Of a DNA stretch of 64,000 bases, positions 51,372-60,249 are shown one piece after another (position 1 is the stretch's first letter; each line of letters opens with the position of its first letter). The notes below the pieces were generated by a model. The model worked only from the letters and a program-made list of their open reading frames with translations, made no database searches and was not told where the DNA came from. The stretch lies in the NCBI GenBank assembly GCA_965221325.1, contig OZ244880.1. One strand, given 5' to 3'. The DNA comes from Candidatus Foliamicus sp. (GTDB lineage Bacteria; Pseudomonadota; Gammaproteobacteria; Steroidobacterales; Foliamicaceae). The position numbers and the translations under genes are program-made.

Positions 51372-52715
51372 TCATCGTGCCGCTGCCGCTACCAGGTGGC
51401 GGGCGAAGCTGCTGAGCTTTTCGCGCGTCTCCTCCAGCTCCCGTTCGGGGCTGGACATGTTCATGATGCCTGCGCCGGCCTGTAGCCAAGTTGTCCCGTC
51501 GCGCTGGTAGAAGCTGCGCAGCACCAAGGCCGCGTCGAGCACGCCGGTGTGATCGTAAATCACCGCGCAACCGGCGTACAGGCCTCGTGGGTTGGGCTCC
51601 AATCGCCCGATGGCGTCGATCGACTCACGCTTCGGAACGCCGGAGGCCGTAACCGCCGGAAACAGGGCGTTGAATGCGTACCAAGGGTTGCAGCTATCGA
51701 GCAGTTTCCCCTTGAGGCGGGAAGCCAGGTGCTGCACGGCGCCGCGCCGCGACACCAGCATGAAGTTGACCACGGAAACGTTCGCCGGGTCACAGACCAT
51801 CGTCAATTCGTCGAACCCGACATAGACTGAAATGGCGTGCTCGGCAATCTCCTTGGAATCGCTGAGAAGTTCCCCGCGCAACCGTAACTCATCCGTAATG
51901 CTTCCGCCGGTCGAACGCGTGCCGGCCAGCGGCGTTGTGAACACTTCGCGCTCGCCATTGACTTCGATTACGGTCTCGGGACTGAATCCTGCCGCCTCCA
52001 GCCCATCAAGGCGCAGCAGATAGGAACGCGCCGGCGTATTGGCCCGACGCCCCGCACCGTAGCTGGCCGCCATGTCCAATGAATGGTTCAGCGAGATTTG
52101 TCGCGACAGAATCACCTTTCGATACTGCTGTGCGTGGATTTCCTCCAACGCCTCCGCTACGGCCCGCTTGTAGGTTTCGGCATCGTGCGTCGCGATCTCG
52201 TCTTCCAAATCGAGTGCTGTGGGCGCCTCGAAGTCATCGTCTTCGTGCACCGCTTGCTCAACCATCGCACCCAGGGCGGCGAGTCGATCGGGCTCGAAAG
52301 CGCGAATGCGGATCGTGGTTTCGTCGATTCGAATCTCCTCCTTGGGAACGAAAAGCGTCAGCAGCGGCGTGCCGCTCGGTACGGGCAAGCCGTAGGTCAA
52401 GCGGGCCAATTCGAACGCCGCGGTGCCGTATGCGCGCCATCTCTCGACAGGCAGTTGGTCCAGCCCCCACTGAATCGCCTCATTCAGGTCTTCATTGGGG
52501 CGCGCCGCTAGTTCCCTTCCTTCCCAGGTCACCAGGGTTCGATCCGGATACAGAGTCACGCGGCCTTGGGCGCTCAAGCCCAGGGACCATTCTCCCTGGT
52601 GCTCGTACAGCATGTAATCGCTATGGGCGGCGGACTGTGCCATCCGGGTTGCCAGCGACAACGGATCGCCCTCGAAGGGAATGACCATTTCCCGATAGGC
52701 CCATTTTTGAGTCAT
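51372..52715 (-). CDS. Salicylate synthase (Irp9/MbtI family chorismate-utilising enzyme)
   Basis: ATG 52715 with GAGGA upstream. Blocks YRKVILSR, GRRANTPARSYLL, GFSPE, PLAGTR, SKEIAEHAISV, RRGAVQHL, LFPAVTASGVPK, DAALVLRS and WLQAGAGI..SPERELEETREKL match my recollection of Irp9 and MbtI throughout. Confidence 0.8.
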   Translation of the reverse strand: MTQKWAYREMVIPFEGDPLSLATRMAQSAAHSDYMLYEHQGEWSLGLSAQGRVTLYPDRTLVTWEGRELAARPNEDLNEAIQWGLDQLPVERWRAYGTAAFELARLTYGLPVPSGTPLLTLFVPKEEIRIDETTIRIRAFEPDRLAALGAMVEQAVHEDDDFEAPTALDLEDEIATHDAETYKRAVAEALEEIHAQQYRKVILSRQISLNHSLDMAASYGAGRRANTPARSYLLRLDGLEAAGFSPETVIEVNGEREVFTTPLAGTRSTGGSITDELRLRGELLSDSKEIAEHAISVYVGFDELTMVCDPANVSVVNFMLVSRRGAVQHLASRLKGKLLDSCNPWYAFNALFPAVTASGVPKRESIDAIGRLEPNPRGLYAGCAVIYDHTGVLDAALVLRSFYQRDGTTWLQAGAGIMNMSSPERELEETREKLSSFARHLVAAAAR

Positions 52716-52802
52716 TTGCAAACAGTCCTCGACACGGCTCAACACTCCACGCCTGCCCAGCAAGTAGTTCGCGTCCGGTTGATTGAAGCGGCTGGAGCGA
52801 CT

Positions 52803-53138
52803 TCAGCCAATGACAGCGGCCCGAGCCTGCTCCGGGGATTGGTGCACCCCGATCACCTTGTCGAAGCCGGTGATGTCGAAGATTTCACTGACTTGCTTCG
52901 ACAATGAACACACCGCGAAGCGAGCATTGCGCTCTTCGAGCATCTTGGCCAGCATCAGCAGCACCCGCAATCCCGCACTGCTGATGTATGCAAGCTGAGC
53001 CATGTCGATGACGACCGCTGAATCGTCGGGCGTGACCGCAGCCTCGACGCCATCAAACAATGCGTTCGCACTTGAGGCGTCGAGACGTCCTTGCAGCTTT
53101 ACCGAAAGCACCGGCCCGTCTCTTTCCGTTTCGATCAT
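52803..53138 (-). CDS. STAS-domain protein (anti-sigma-factor-antagonist-like)
   Basis: In-frame ATG 53138: MIETERDGPVLSVKLQGRLDASSANAL...MAQLAYISSAGLRVLLML...ITGFDKV. 111 aa. Confidence 0.8.
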   Translation of the reverse strand: MIETERDGPVLSVKLQGRLDASSANALFDGVEAAVTPDDSAVVIDMAQLAYISSAGLRVLLMLAKMLEERNARFAVCSLSKQVSEIFDITGFDKVIGVHQSPEQARAAVIG

Positions 53139-53228
53139 TCGCAGTTCCTCGCCGGTCTCCCCTGCACGTGCCAGCCAGATTCGAACTCTTTGCCCGGGCA
53201 TTGAAGCACAAGAACTGCAATGACACAC

Positions 53229-53247
53229 AGCAAGGAGAGTCATTATT
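53229..53247. promoter_or_regulatory. Weak Fur-box-like element overlapping a possible -10 (TAAAAT) of the STAS/salicylate synthase unit
   Basis: Minus strand AATAATGACTCTCCTTGCT versus GATAATGATTATCATTATC gives 12/19 by hand count. The ATAATGA half-site is exact and the other half is poor. Confidence 0.2.
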
Positions 53248-53455
53248 TTAGAACAACGGGCAGCGGCCCTGAACCGGCGGCACACGGAGGCTTGGCGGGG
53301 CGCCAGTGCGAGCGAAGAAAACTTGCCTCACTCGACATACGGCCTGACATGAAGCTGTGCTAATATCCGCGTTCCGCATCAGGCCGGTCGCTTGAATTCC
53401 ACTAGGTGGTCGAAGACCTGACTGTAACTGTAATAAGTACAGGGGGAGCGTTTTA

Positions 53456-54220
53456 ATGAAGCCAGTCTTGAAGGGGTTGCTTTGTGCCGGAGGCTTGCTT
53501 GCCGCAGCCGCGATGGCCAGCGCAACCACGTTGGAGGAAATCGAAGCCGAGCAGGCGGAACGCATTGAGGCGGGCCGCCAGTCGCAGAGCCGAATCGACG
53601 ATATCGTCAAGGAAACGGATTCACTCGAATACGAATACAAAAGGGTGCTCAAGGAGCTGGAAGGCCTCAAGGTATTCAATACCCTTATGGAGCGCCAAAT
53701 CGACCGGCAGGAAGCCGACATCGCTCTGCTAAACGAGGCGATCGACGAGGTAGAGGCTTCGCGGCGCCAGATGATGCCGCTAATGGTGCGCATGATCGAA
53801 GCGCTGGACATGTTCGTGGAGGCCGATGCGCCTTTCCTGCTGGACGAGCGCCGTGCGCGGGTGGCGGGTCTGCGCGACCTGATGGAGCGCGAGGATGTGA
53901 GCGTGGCCGAGAAGTTCCGCAAGGTGCTTGAGGCGTACCAGATCGAGAACGAGTACGGCAACACCATTGAAGCCTACAAGGATGCGGTCGAGCACGAGGG
54001 CGGCATCCTGGAAGTGGACGTATTGCGGATTGGCCGAGTTGCGCTGGTGTATCAGACGGCCGATTTGAGCGCTACGCGCCGCTGGGACCGCGATGCCAAG
54101 GCCTGGGTCGATCTGGAAGGCAGCTACCGCAACCAGGTGCGCCTTGGGCTGCGCGTAGCCAATGAGATGGTCGCTCCCGAGTTGCTCTTGCTCCCCGTTC
54201 CCGGACCGGAGGCTGGATAA
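53456..54220 (+). CDS. DUF3450 periplasmic coiled-coil protein (TtpB-like, TonB2-system component)
   Basis: Signal peptide MKPVLKGLLCAGGLLAAAAMASA. Coiled coil, then PFLLDERRARV...KFRKVLEAYQIENEYG. First gene of a TonB2-type cluster. Confidence 0.75.
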   Translation: MKPVLKGLLCAGGLLAAAAMASATTLEEIEAEQAERIEAGRQSQSRIDDIVKETDSLEYEYKRVLKELEGLKVFNTLMERQIDRQEADIALLNEAIDEVEASRRQMMPLMVRMIEALDMFVEADAPFLLDERRARVAGLRDLMEREDVSVAEKFRKVLEAYQIENEYGNTIEAYKDAVEHEGGILEVDVLRIGRVALVYQTADLSATRRWDRDAKAWVDLEGSYRNQVRLGLRVANEMVAPELLLLPVPGPEAG

Positions 54221-55612
54221 ATGATCGCAATCAGAACAATTTCCTGCGCCGTGATGGCTTTGGCGGTTGCCACCGCCGTTTCTGCTCCCGCGCAGGCTCA
54301 GGAAGCCGTATCGCTGGATGAATTGCTGGAAATGGTGCGGCAGGGCGCGGTGCGTGACAACGAGGAAATGCGTACCCGCGAGCAGAGTTTTCGCGAGGCT
54401 CAGGGCCAGCAGCAGCGGCTGCTGGACGAGGCAAATGCGGAAAAGACCGCCGAAGAGCGGCGCAGCCAGCGCCTGGAAAATACCTACGGCGAGAACGAAC
54501 GGCGTATCGCCGCGCTCAAGGAAACTCGCGACGAGCGCCTTGGCGTTCTAAAGGAACTTTTTGGCGTGACGCAACAGGTGGCGGGCGATGCCCGCTCGGA
54601 GTTCGAAGCGTCGGTCACCAACGTGCAATACCCGGAGCGTTCGGCTTTTCTTACCCAACTCGTGGAGAAGCTGGGCTCGGGCATCGAATTGCCCTCTGTC
54701 GAGGAAATGGAGCGCCTCTGGTGGGAGTTGCAGCGTGAGATGACCGAGTCCGCCAAAGTCGTCAGGTTCAATACCGACGTGATTTCGCTCGACGGCGAAC
54801 GCGCATCCACCGAGGTAGTGCGGGTAGGGTTGTTCAATATCGTTTCAGACGGCAAGTATCTGACCTATCGCCCGGAAACCGGTAACGTTACCGAACTGGG
54901 CCGTCAGCCCGAACAGGGCCGCTTCACCAGCAGCACCGCCGACATGGTGGACGCTGCTCCGGGCGAGGTGGTGCGGTTCGGTCTGGATCCGACCTTGGGC
55001 GGCGTACTCAACTCGCTGGTTGGGCGCCCCAACCTCGTGGAACGTGTGCAGCAGGGCGCGCTGGTGGGCTACCTCATCATCGCGTTAGGCATCATCGGAC
55101 TCTTGATTTCCCTGGAACGCCTGGTGGTACTCACGCTCGCCAGCCGCAAGGTAACCGCTCAGCTCAAGAGCGACACGCCTTCGGACGACAATGCCTTGGG
55201 CAGGGTCCTGCAGGTGTATCACGACAACAAGTCGGTAGATACCGAAACCCTGGAACTGAAGTTGGGCGAGGCGATTTTCAGGGAAACGCCAAAGCTCAAC
55301 CGGGCCTTGCTGTTCATTCAGATCATTTCCGTGGTGGCGCCGCTGATGGGACTGCTGGGAACCGTTACCGGCATGATCAAGACCTTCCAGGCGATAACGC
55401 TTTACGGCACCGGCGATCCGAAGTTGATGGCCGGCGGTATTTCGCAAGCGCTGGTTACAACGGTGCTGGGTCTGAGTGTCGCCATTCCCATGGTGCTGTT
55501 GCATACCGTGGTGAGCGGCCGCAGCCGCAGGATCGTGCAGATTCTGCAGGAACAGAGCACCGGGATCGTGGCCGAGCATTCCGAGGCGCAGAAAGCGGCT
55601 GCCGCCGCCTGA
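54221..55612 (+). CDS. MotA/TolQ/ExbB-family protein with long periplasmic N-terminal extension (TtpC-like)
   Basis: 463 aa. Signal peptide, about 270-aa coiled-coil/periplasmic region, then a MotA/ExbB channel core (APLMGLLGTVTGMIKTF...GISQALVTTVLGL). Confidence 0.8.
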   Translation: MIAIRTISCAVMALAVATAVSAPAQAQEAVSLDELLEMVRQGAVRDNEEMRTREQSFREAQGQQQRLLDEANAEKTAEERRSQRLENTYGENERRIAALKETRDERLGVLKELFGVTQQVAGDARSEFEASVTNVQYPERSAFLTQLVEKLGSGIELPSVEEMERLWWELQREMTESAKVVRFNTDVISLDGERASTEVVRVGLFNIVSDGKYLTYRPETGNVTELGRQPEQGRFTSSTADMVDAAPGEVVRFGLDPTLGGVLNSLVGRPNLVERVQQGALVGYLIIALGIIGLLISLERLVVLTLASRKVTAQLKSDTPSDDNALGRVLQVYHDNKSVDTETLELKLGEAIFRETPKLNRALLFIQIISVVAPLMGLLGTVTGMIKTFQAITLYGTGDPKLMAGGISQALVTTVLGLSVAIPMVLLHTVVSGRSRRIVQILQEQSTGIVAEHSEAQKAAAAA

Positions 55613-55660
55613 GCCTTGCATCGCACGGGAGACAAAGCCGAAGCCATATAGTCCTGACTC

Positions 55661-56191
55661 ATGTTCACCGCGCTCTACGACGCTTTCGAGGCCGTCCGCG
55701 ATTTTATCGAGCTGGGCGGGGACGTGCTGTTCCTCATTGCCTTGACCATCTTCCTGATGTGGATGCTGGTGTTCGAGCGCTTGGTGTTCTTCCGCGTGGA
55801 GCTCAAGAAACGCCGGGCCGCGATTCAGGATGCTTGGGAAGGTCGGCGCGAGCGGCAGTCGTGGGAAGCGGAACAGATCCGCGAGCGCATGGTGTCGGAT
55901 TTCGACATGGCCGTGCGGCGTTCGCTGCCGCTGGTGCAGACTCTGGTGGCGTTGTGCCCGCTTTTGGGCCTGCTGGGGACGGTCACTGGCATGATCGAGG
56001 TGTTCGACGTAATGGCGGTCGAAGGCAGCGGCAACCCGCGTTCGATGGCTTCCGGCGTGTCCAAGGCCACCATCCCCACAATGGCGGGCATGGTGGGCGC
56101 GCTTTCGGGGGTGTTCTGGATCACCTACCTCAAACGCCGCTCGGCGCGCGAAGTGGAGGACCTCGAAGAGCACCTGACCACGGACCACTGA
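55661..56191 (+). CDS. exbB: ExbB/TolQ-family proton channel subunit
   Basis: 176 aa. CPLLGLLGTVTGMIEVF...GVSKATIPTMAGMVGAL. Confidence 0.85.
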   Translation: MFTALYDAFEAVRDFIELGGDVLFLIALTIFLMWMLVFERLVFFRVELKKRRAAIQDAWEGRRERQSWEAEQIRERMVSDFDMAVRRSLPLVQTLVALCPLLGLLGTVTGMIEVFDVMAVEGSGNPRSMASGVSKATIPTMAGMVGALSGVFWITYLKRRSAREVEDLEEHLTTDH

Positions 56192-56232
56192 TCAGCGACT
56201 TAGCCGCCGCCGATTGACTGGAGACATTACGC

Positions 56233-56643
56233 ATGCGCAAATCCATTATTCAAGCCGCCGGAGAGGAATCCTCCAGCGAGATTAACCTCACGCCCATGCT
56301 GGACGTGGTGTTCATCATGCTGATCTTCTTCATCGTTACCGCATCCTTCGTGAAGGAGACGGGTATCGATGTCAACCGGCCGGACGCTCCCACCGCGGTG
56401 CGGCAGGAAAGGGCCAACATCCTGGTGGCGATCAGTGCGTCCAACGAAATCTGGATCGACCGCCGGCGCGTGGACCCGCGTGCGGTCCGTGCCAATATCG
56501 AGCGCCTGCACGCGGAGAACCCGGAAGGCTCGGTTATTATTCAGGCAGACAAGCGGGCTTTCACGGAAACGCTGGTGAGCGTCATGGATTCGGCCCGGCA
56601 GGCCGGCGTTTTCAATGTGTCCATTGCGGCGAGCGAGGATTGA
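56233..56643 (+). CDS. exbD: ExbD/TolR-family protein
   Basis: 136 aa. EINLTPMLDVVFIMLIFFIV is the typical N-terminus. Confidence 0.88.
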   Translation: MRKSIIQAAGEESSSEINLTPMLDVVFIMLIFFIVTASFVKETGIDVNRPDAPTAVRQERANILVAISASNEIWIDRRRVDPRAVRANIERLHAENPEGSVIIQADKRAFTETLVSVMDSARQAGVFNVSIAASED

Positions 56644-56736
56644 CCGGGGAGGCGATGCGGATTCCCTGGTAACAGCTCAGGCTTTCGGGAAAGCCCGGAC
56701 GTCAGCTTGGGTGGTCAGACTCGGGGGTACGAAGAA

Positions 56737-57369
56737 ATGGTAGAAAAAGATAAAGTCAAGAGGCGGGTAGGGCGCTATTTCCTGGCGTTTACTGTCGGCA
56801 CCTTTGCCTGCATGTCGCTGCTCTGGGTGATGCAGTTCCTTATCGCCAGCGGCCAGGCGGCGATTACCGACGTTCTGGATACGCGATTCGTGGACTTTGT
56901 GCGGGTCAAGCGCGAGGAATTGATCGAGCGCAAGGAGGAAAAACCTGAAAAGCCGCCCGATCCGGACGACGCTCCTCCCGACCTTCCGCAGCAGGACATG
57001 CAGGGCGAGGACTTGGATTCCGCTTTTGGGGTGGCGCCGCAGAACCCGGACGTGAGTTTCAACATTGACGGAGATATCGGAGACTTCAGCTTGGCGGAAG
57101 GCGATTACCTCCCGCTTGTGAGGGTGGAGCCGATGTATCCCCGCCGCGCTCAGTCTCGCGGCCTGGAGGGCCATTGCGATCTGGAACTTACTGTCACTCC
57201 GACGGGGGCCACCACCAACGTCATGGTTATCGAGTGCAGCAGTTCGCTGTTCGAGCGCGCTTCTGTCCAGGCTGCTCAGAAGTTCAAGTACAAGCCGCGC
57301 GTAGTTAACGGAACGGCTGTTGCCGTGCCCGGAGTCAAATACCGCATGACATTCCAGATTGAAGACTGA
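56737..57369 (+). CDS. tonB: TonB-family energy transducer
   Basis: ATG 56737 with GGGGG 9 nt upstream. TM anchor, then Pro/Glu/Lys-rich spacer (KEEKPEKPPDPDDAPPDLP). C-terminal domain EPMYPRRAQSRGLEGHCDLELTV...KFKYKPRVVNG. Confidence 0.85.
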   Translation: MVEKDKVKRRVGRYFLAFTVGTFACMSLLWVMQFLIASGQAAITDVLDTRFVDFVRVKREELIERKEEKPEKPPDPDDAPPDLPQQDMQGEDLDSAFGVAPQNPDVSFNIDGDIGDFSLAEGDYLPLVRVEPMYPRRAQSRGLEGHCDLELTVTPTGATTNVMVIECSSSLFERASVQAAQKFKYKPRVVNGTAVAVPGVKYRMTFQIED

Positions 57370-57375
57370 TCCGGC

Positions 57376-58689
57376 ATGAACTCCAGAATCGGCATTTTCG
57401 CCACCGCAATTTTTTGCTTCAGCCTGTTTAGCCCCGCAGCGCCCGTTGGGGCGCAGGAAGAAGAGGCGGCCGAGCAGAAGACCCGGCGCGTTATGGCTAT
57501 GAGCGAAAGAGTGCATCGGCGGCTATTCGAGGCGTCGGAAGCCATGGAGGTGGACGATTATGTAACCGCCGAGACTCGGCTGGCCGAGATTCTGGAATTG
57601 AGAAACATAACTCCCTACGAGCGCGCGCAGGCAGAGAGACTTGTGGGCTTTCTGCACGTGAGGAGGGACGACTATCCGGCGGCTATCGAGAGCTTTCTGG
57701 GGGTTACCCGGATCGGTGGCCCGGATGAAATAGCCGGTCTCTACAATGAAGCTGTGGGCTATTTGTCGCAGCTTTACATCCAAGTCGAGAACTACCGCGA
57801 AGCCATCCGGTACGGGGAAATATCACTCGCGCTCAAGGAAGATCCGACGCCAATGGACTACATTCGCATCGCCACGGCGCACTTGCAACTGGAGGAATGG
57901 CAAGAGGCCGTGGATTACATTGCCACGGCTATTGAAAGGGCGCAGGCCACGGGGGTTGAGGTCGAAGAAGACTGGTGGCGCCGGATGGCGTATGCATACT
58001 ACGGGCTTGAGCAGTTTGCCGATGCCCTTGAGGTCACCAAGATTCTGGTCGCTGAGTGGCCCAGTAAGGCCTATTGGCTGCAAATGTCCGGCCTCTATTA
58101 CTCCTTGGAAGACGAGGATAGGCAAGTGGCCGCGACTTGGTCTGCGTTCGAACAGGGGATGTTGACCAGTAGTTCCGAGCTGGTTCAAATGGCCCAGTTT
58201 TTCCTGATGAAGGACGTGCCCTACAAAGCTGCCGTGATTCTCCACGAGGGCCTGGAAAACGGCTCGATCGAGCCGACGGCGCGCAATTTTCGGCTGGAGG
58301 CCCAGGCTTGGCAGTTGGCCCAAGAGGATCGCATGGCTCTCGAACCGTTGCGGAAATCCGCAGAGGGCGAAGACGACCTGGAGGACCAGGCTGATCTGTA
58401 TATGAGGCTGGCGGAATCCCACTATGCCTTGAACGACTATGAGCAGTGTGCTTCGGTGGCGAGACAGACGCTTGGCTTGGGCGACCTGGAGAACGAGGGT
58501 CGGCTCAACATGTTGCTGGGTCAGTGCCTGTTCGAGCAAGAGGAGTACGACGCGGCGGAAGATGCGTTTGCGCGCGCTATCCGCGACAGCGATACGCGCC
58601 GCGCCGCCACGCGCTGGCGAGACTATCTGAGAAGCGAGGTTGCGCGCCTGCGCGACTTGGATGCGCGTCTGGCGCGCTTCGGCGGCTAG
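57376..58689 (+). CDS. TPR-repeat periplasmic protein (TtpD-like)
   Basis: 437 aa. Signal peptide. Repeated helical Ala/Tyr/Leu TPR-like pattern. Last gene of the TonB2-type cluster. Confidence 0.7.
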   Translation: MNSRIGIFATAIFCFSLFSPAAPVGAQEEEAAEQKTRRVMAMSERVHRRLFEASEAMEVDDYVTAETRLAEILELRNITPYERAQAERLVGFLHVRRDDYPAAIESFLGVTRIGGPDEIAGLYNEAVGYLSQLYIQVENYREAIRYGEISLALKEDPTPMDYIRIATAHLQLEEWQEAVDYIATAIERAQATGVEVEEDWWRRMAYAYYGLEQFADALEVTKILVAEWPSKAYWLQMSGLYYSLEDEDRQVAATWSAFEQGMLTSSSELVQMAQFFLMKDVPYKAAVILHEGLENGSIEPTARNFRLEAQAWQLAQEDRMALEPLRKSAEGEDDLEDQADLYMRLAESHYALNDYEQCASVARQTLGLGDLENEGRLNMLLGQCLFEQEEYDAAEDAFARAIRDSDTRRAATRWRDYLRSEVARLRDLDARLARFGG

Positions 58690-58719
58690 CCGCACTCCGA
58701 ACCCTGCAGAGGTAGTTTC

Positions 58720-59040
58720 ATGCCCACGGTCCATTTCGTGGATTGCCACGGGAATGCGCGTGATCTCGAGGTTCCCGAGGGCTGCACGCTCATGGAGATC
58801 GCCCTGGAAAACGATGTGGCGGGGATCGTGGCCGAATGCGGCGGCTGCTGCGCTTGCGCTACCTGCCACAGCTATATCGACGAGGAATGGGTGGACAAGT
58901 TGCCGCCGGTGGACGATATGGAAGACGCCATGCTGGATTGCGCCCTGGAACGCAAGCCCAACAGCCGCCTGACCTGTCAGATCCAGATGACCGCCGCCCT
59001 GGCCGGCCTAAAGCTCAAAGCCGCCGACAACGAAGCCTGA
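58720..59040 (+). CDS. Adrenodoxin/putidaredoxin-type [2Fe-2S] ferredoxin
   Basis: ECGGCCACATCH ... LTCQI cysteine pattern. 106 aa. Confidence 0.88.
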   Translation: MPTVHFVDCHGNARDLEVPEGCTLMEIALENDVAGIVAECGGCCACATCHSYIDEEWVDKLPPVDDMEDAMLDCALERKPNSRLTCQIQMTAALAGLKLKAADNEA

Positions 59041-59088
59041 TTGAGTATAGAGAGCGCTTCCCACCGAGTGAGAACGCCCGTTTCCCGC

Positions 59089-60249
59089 TCAGTTGAGGTT
59101 AAGTTCCGCCAGCGCGTCGCGCCAGTGAAGGCAGAGAATTTCGCCCATTTTCATGCGCTGCGGATCGCGGCTGATGCATAGGGCTAGCGGCTGGCGAAAG
59201 TCCGCGCTAAAACGCTTCAGAGTGCGTGTGTCCCGATCTTCCACGCGCCGCGAGGATTTGATTTCCACCAGGACGGCGGACAGGCCGGGACGCTCGATTA
59301 CCAGATCGATTTCGGCTCCTGCCGCGGTTCGCAGGTACGAGAATTTCCAGTCGGGATAGCGGTAGCGGCACAAGTGGATGATCTGCGTAATCACGAAGTG
59401 CTCGAAGGCTCTTCCGTATTCGTAGGTTCCTTCGGTCAGCGGCACGTCCAGCGTGCGGTCCAGCGCTCGCTTGACGCCCGGGTCGAAGTAGTAGAACTTC
59501 GGATTGACGCGCTGCTGCTTGCGAATGGAGCGGTGAAATGCCGGTAGGAGAAAGCCGATCAGCGTATCTTCAAGGATGCTGAAGTAGGACATGACGGTTT
59601 TGGGGTCGGCGTTCACGTCCTTGGCGATGTTGGCATAGTTGATGATCGCGCCGTTCGCCTGCGCGGCAATCTCCAGGAACCGCCGGAACGGGTCGAGGCG
59701 CCGGACGATCTGCTCGGCGACGATTTCCTCTTTCAGGTAGGTCAATGCGTAGGCGCGCAGATAGGCGCGCCGGTCCTCGTCCGCTTCCAGCGAGAAAAGC
59801 CGCGGCAGCGTGCCCCAGCGCAGAGCGTCGTCGAGTGTGCAGGCTTTCTCAAGTTCCGGCGCGGTCAGGGGATAAAGGTTATAGACAAATGCTCTGCCTG
59901 CAAGGAGATTCGAGGCGCCCCGCCGCAGCTTGCGGCCACTCGACCCGGTTAGCACGAACTGTTTCGCGGTGCTCTCGATCAGCCTGTGAACCACGTCCAG
60001 CAGCCGCGGTGCGCGCTGCACCTCGTCGATCAGAACCCACTCGACGGCGTCGGGCAGGGCCCTAACTTGTTGCTCAAGCCGGCCAGGGTTTCTGGCGTAC
60101 AGATCCTCGATTTCGGGATCGAGCAGGTCCAGGTAGAGCGACTCATCCGGGCCGAATGTTTCCCGGATATAGGTTGTCTTGCCCGTGCCGCGCGCTCCGA
60201 ACAGGAAGAAAGAACTGCGCTTGCTGGTGTTGAGAATTCTGCGGAACAT
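59089..60249 (-). CDS. AAA ATPase with C-terminal DUF4143-type (PD-(D/E)xK-like) domain
   Basis: Walker A FGARGTGKT and Walker B WVLIDEVQ. The C-terminal AEIDLVIE...VLVEIKSS resembles a D...ExK nuclease motif. 386 aa. Confidence 0.75.
   Translation of the reverse strand: MFRRILNTSKRSSFFLFGARGTGKTTYIRETFGPDESLYLDLLDPEIEDLYARNPGRLEQQVRALPDAVEWVLIDEVQRAPRLLDVVHRLIESTAKQFVLTGSSGRKLRRGASNLLAGRAFVYNLYPLTAPELEKACTLDDALRWGTLPRLFSLEADEDRRAYLRAYALTYLKEEIVAEQIVRRLDPFRRFLEIAAQANGAIINYANIAKDVNADPKTVMSYFSILEDTLIGFLLPAFHRSIRKQQRVNPKFYYFDPGVKRALDRTLDVPLTEGTYEYGRAFEHFVITQIIHLCRYRYPDWKFSYLRTAAGAEIDLVIERPGLSAVLVEIKSSRRVEDRDTRTLKRFSADFRQPLALCISRDPQRMKMGEILCLHWRDALAELNLN

Noticed and set aside
53423-53441. AT-rich quasi-palindrome TGTAACTGTAATAAGTACA just upstream of the TonB2 cluster, considered as a Fur box
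   Set aside because: Only about 10/19 positions match the Fur consensus by hand count, and only 12/19 positions are self-complementary. This is too weak to call without a genome-specific matrix.
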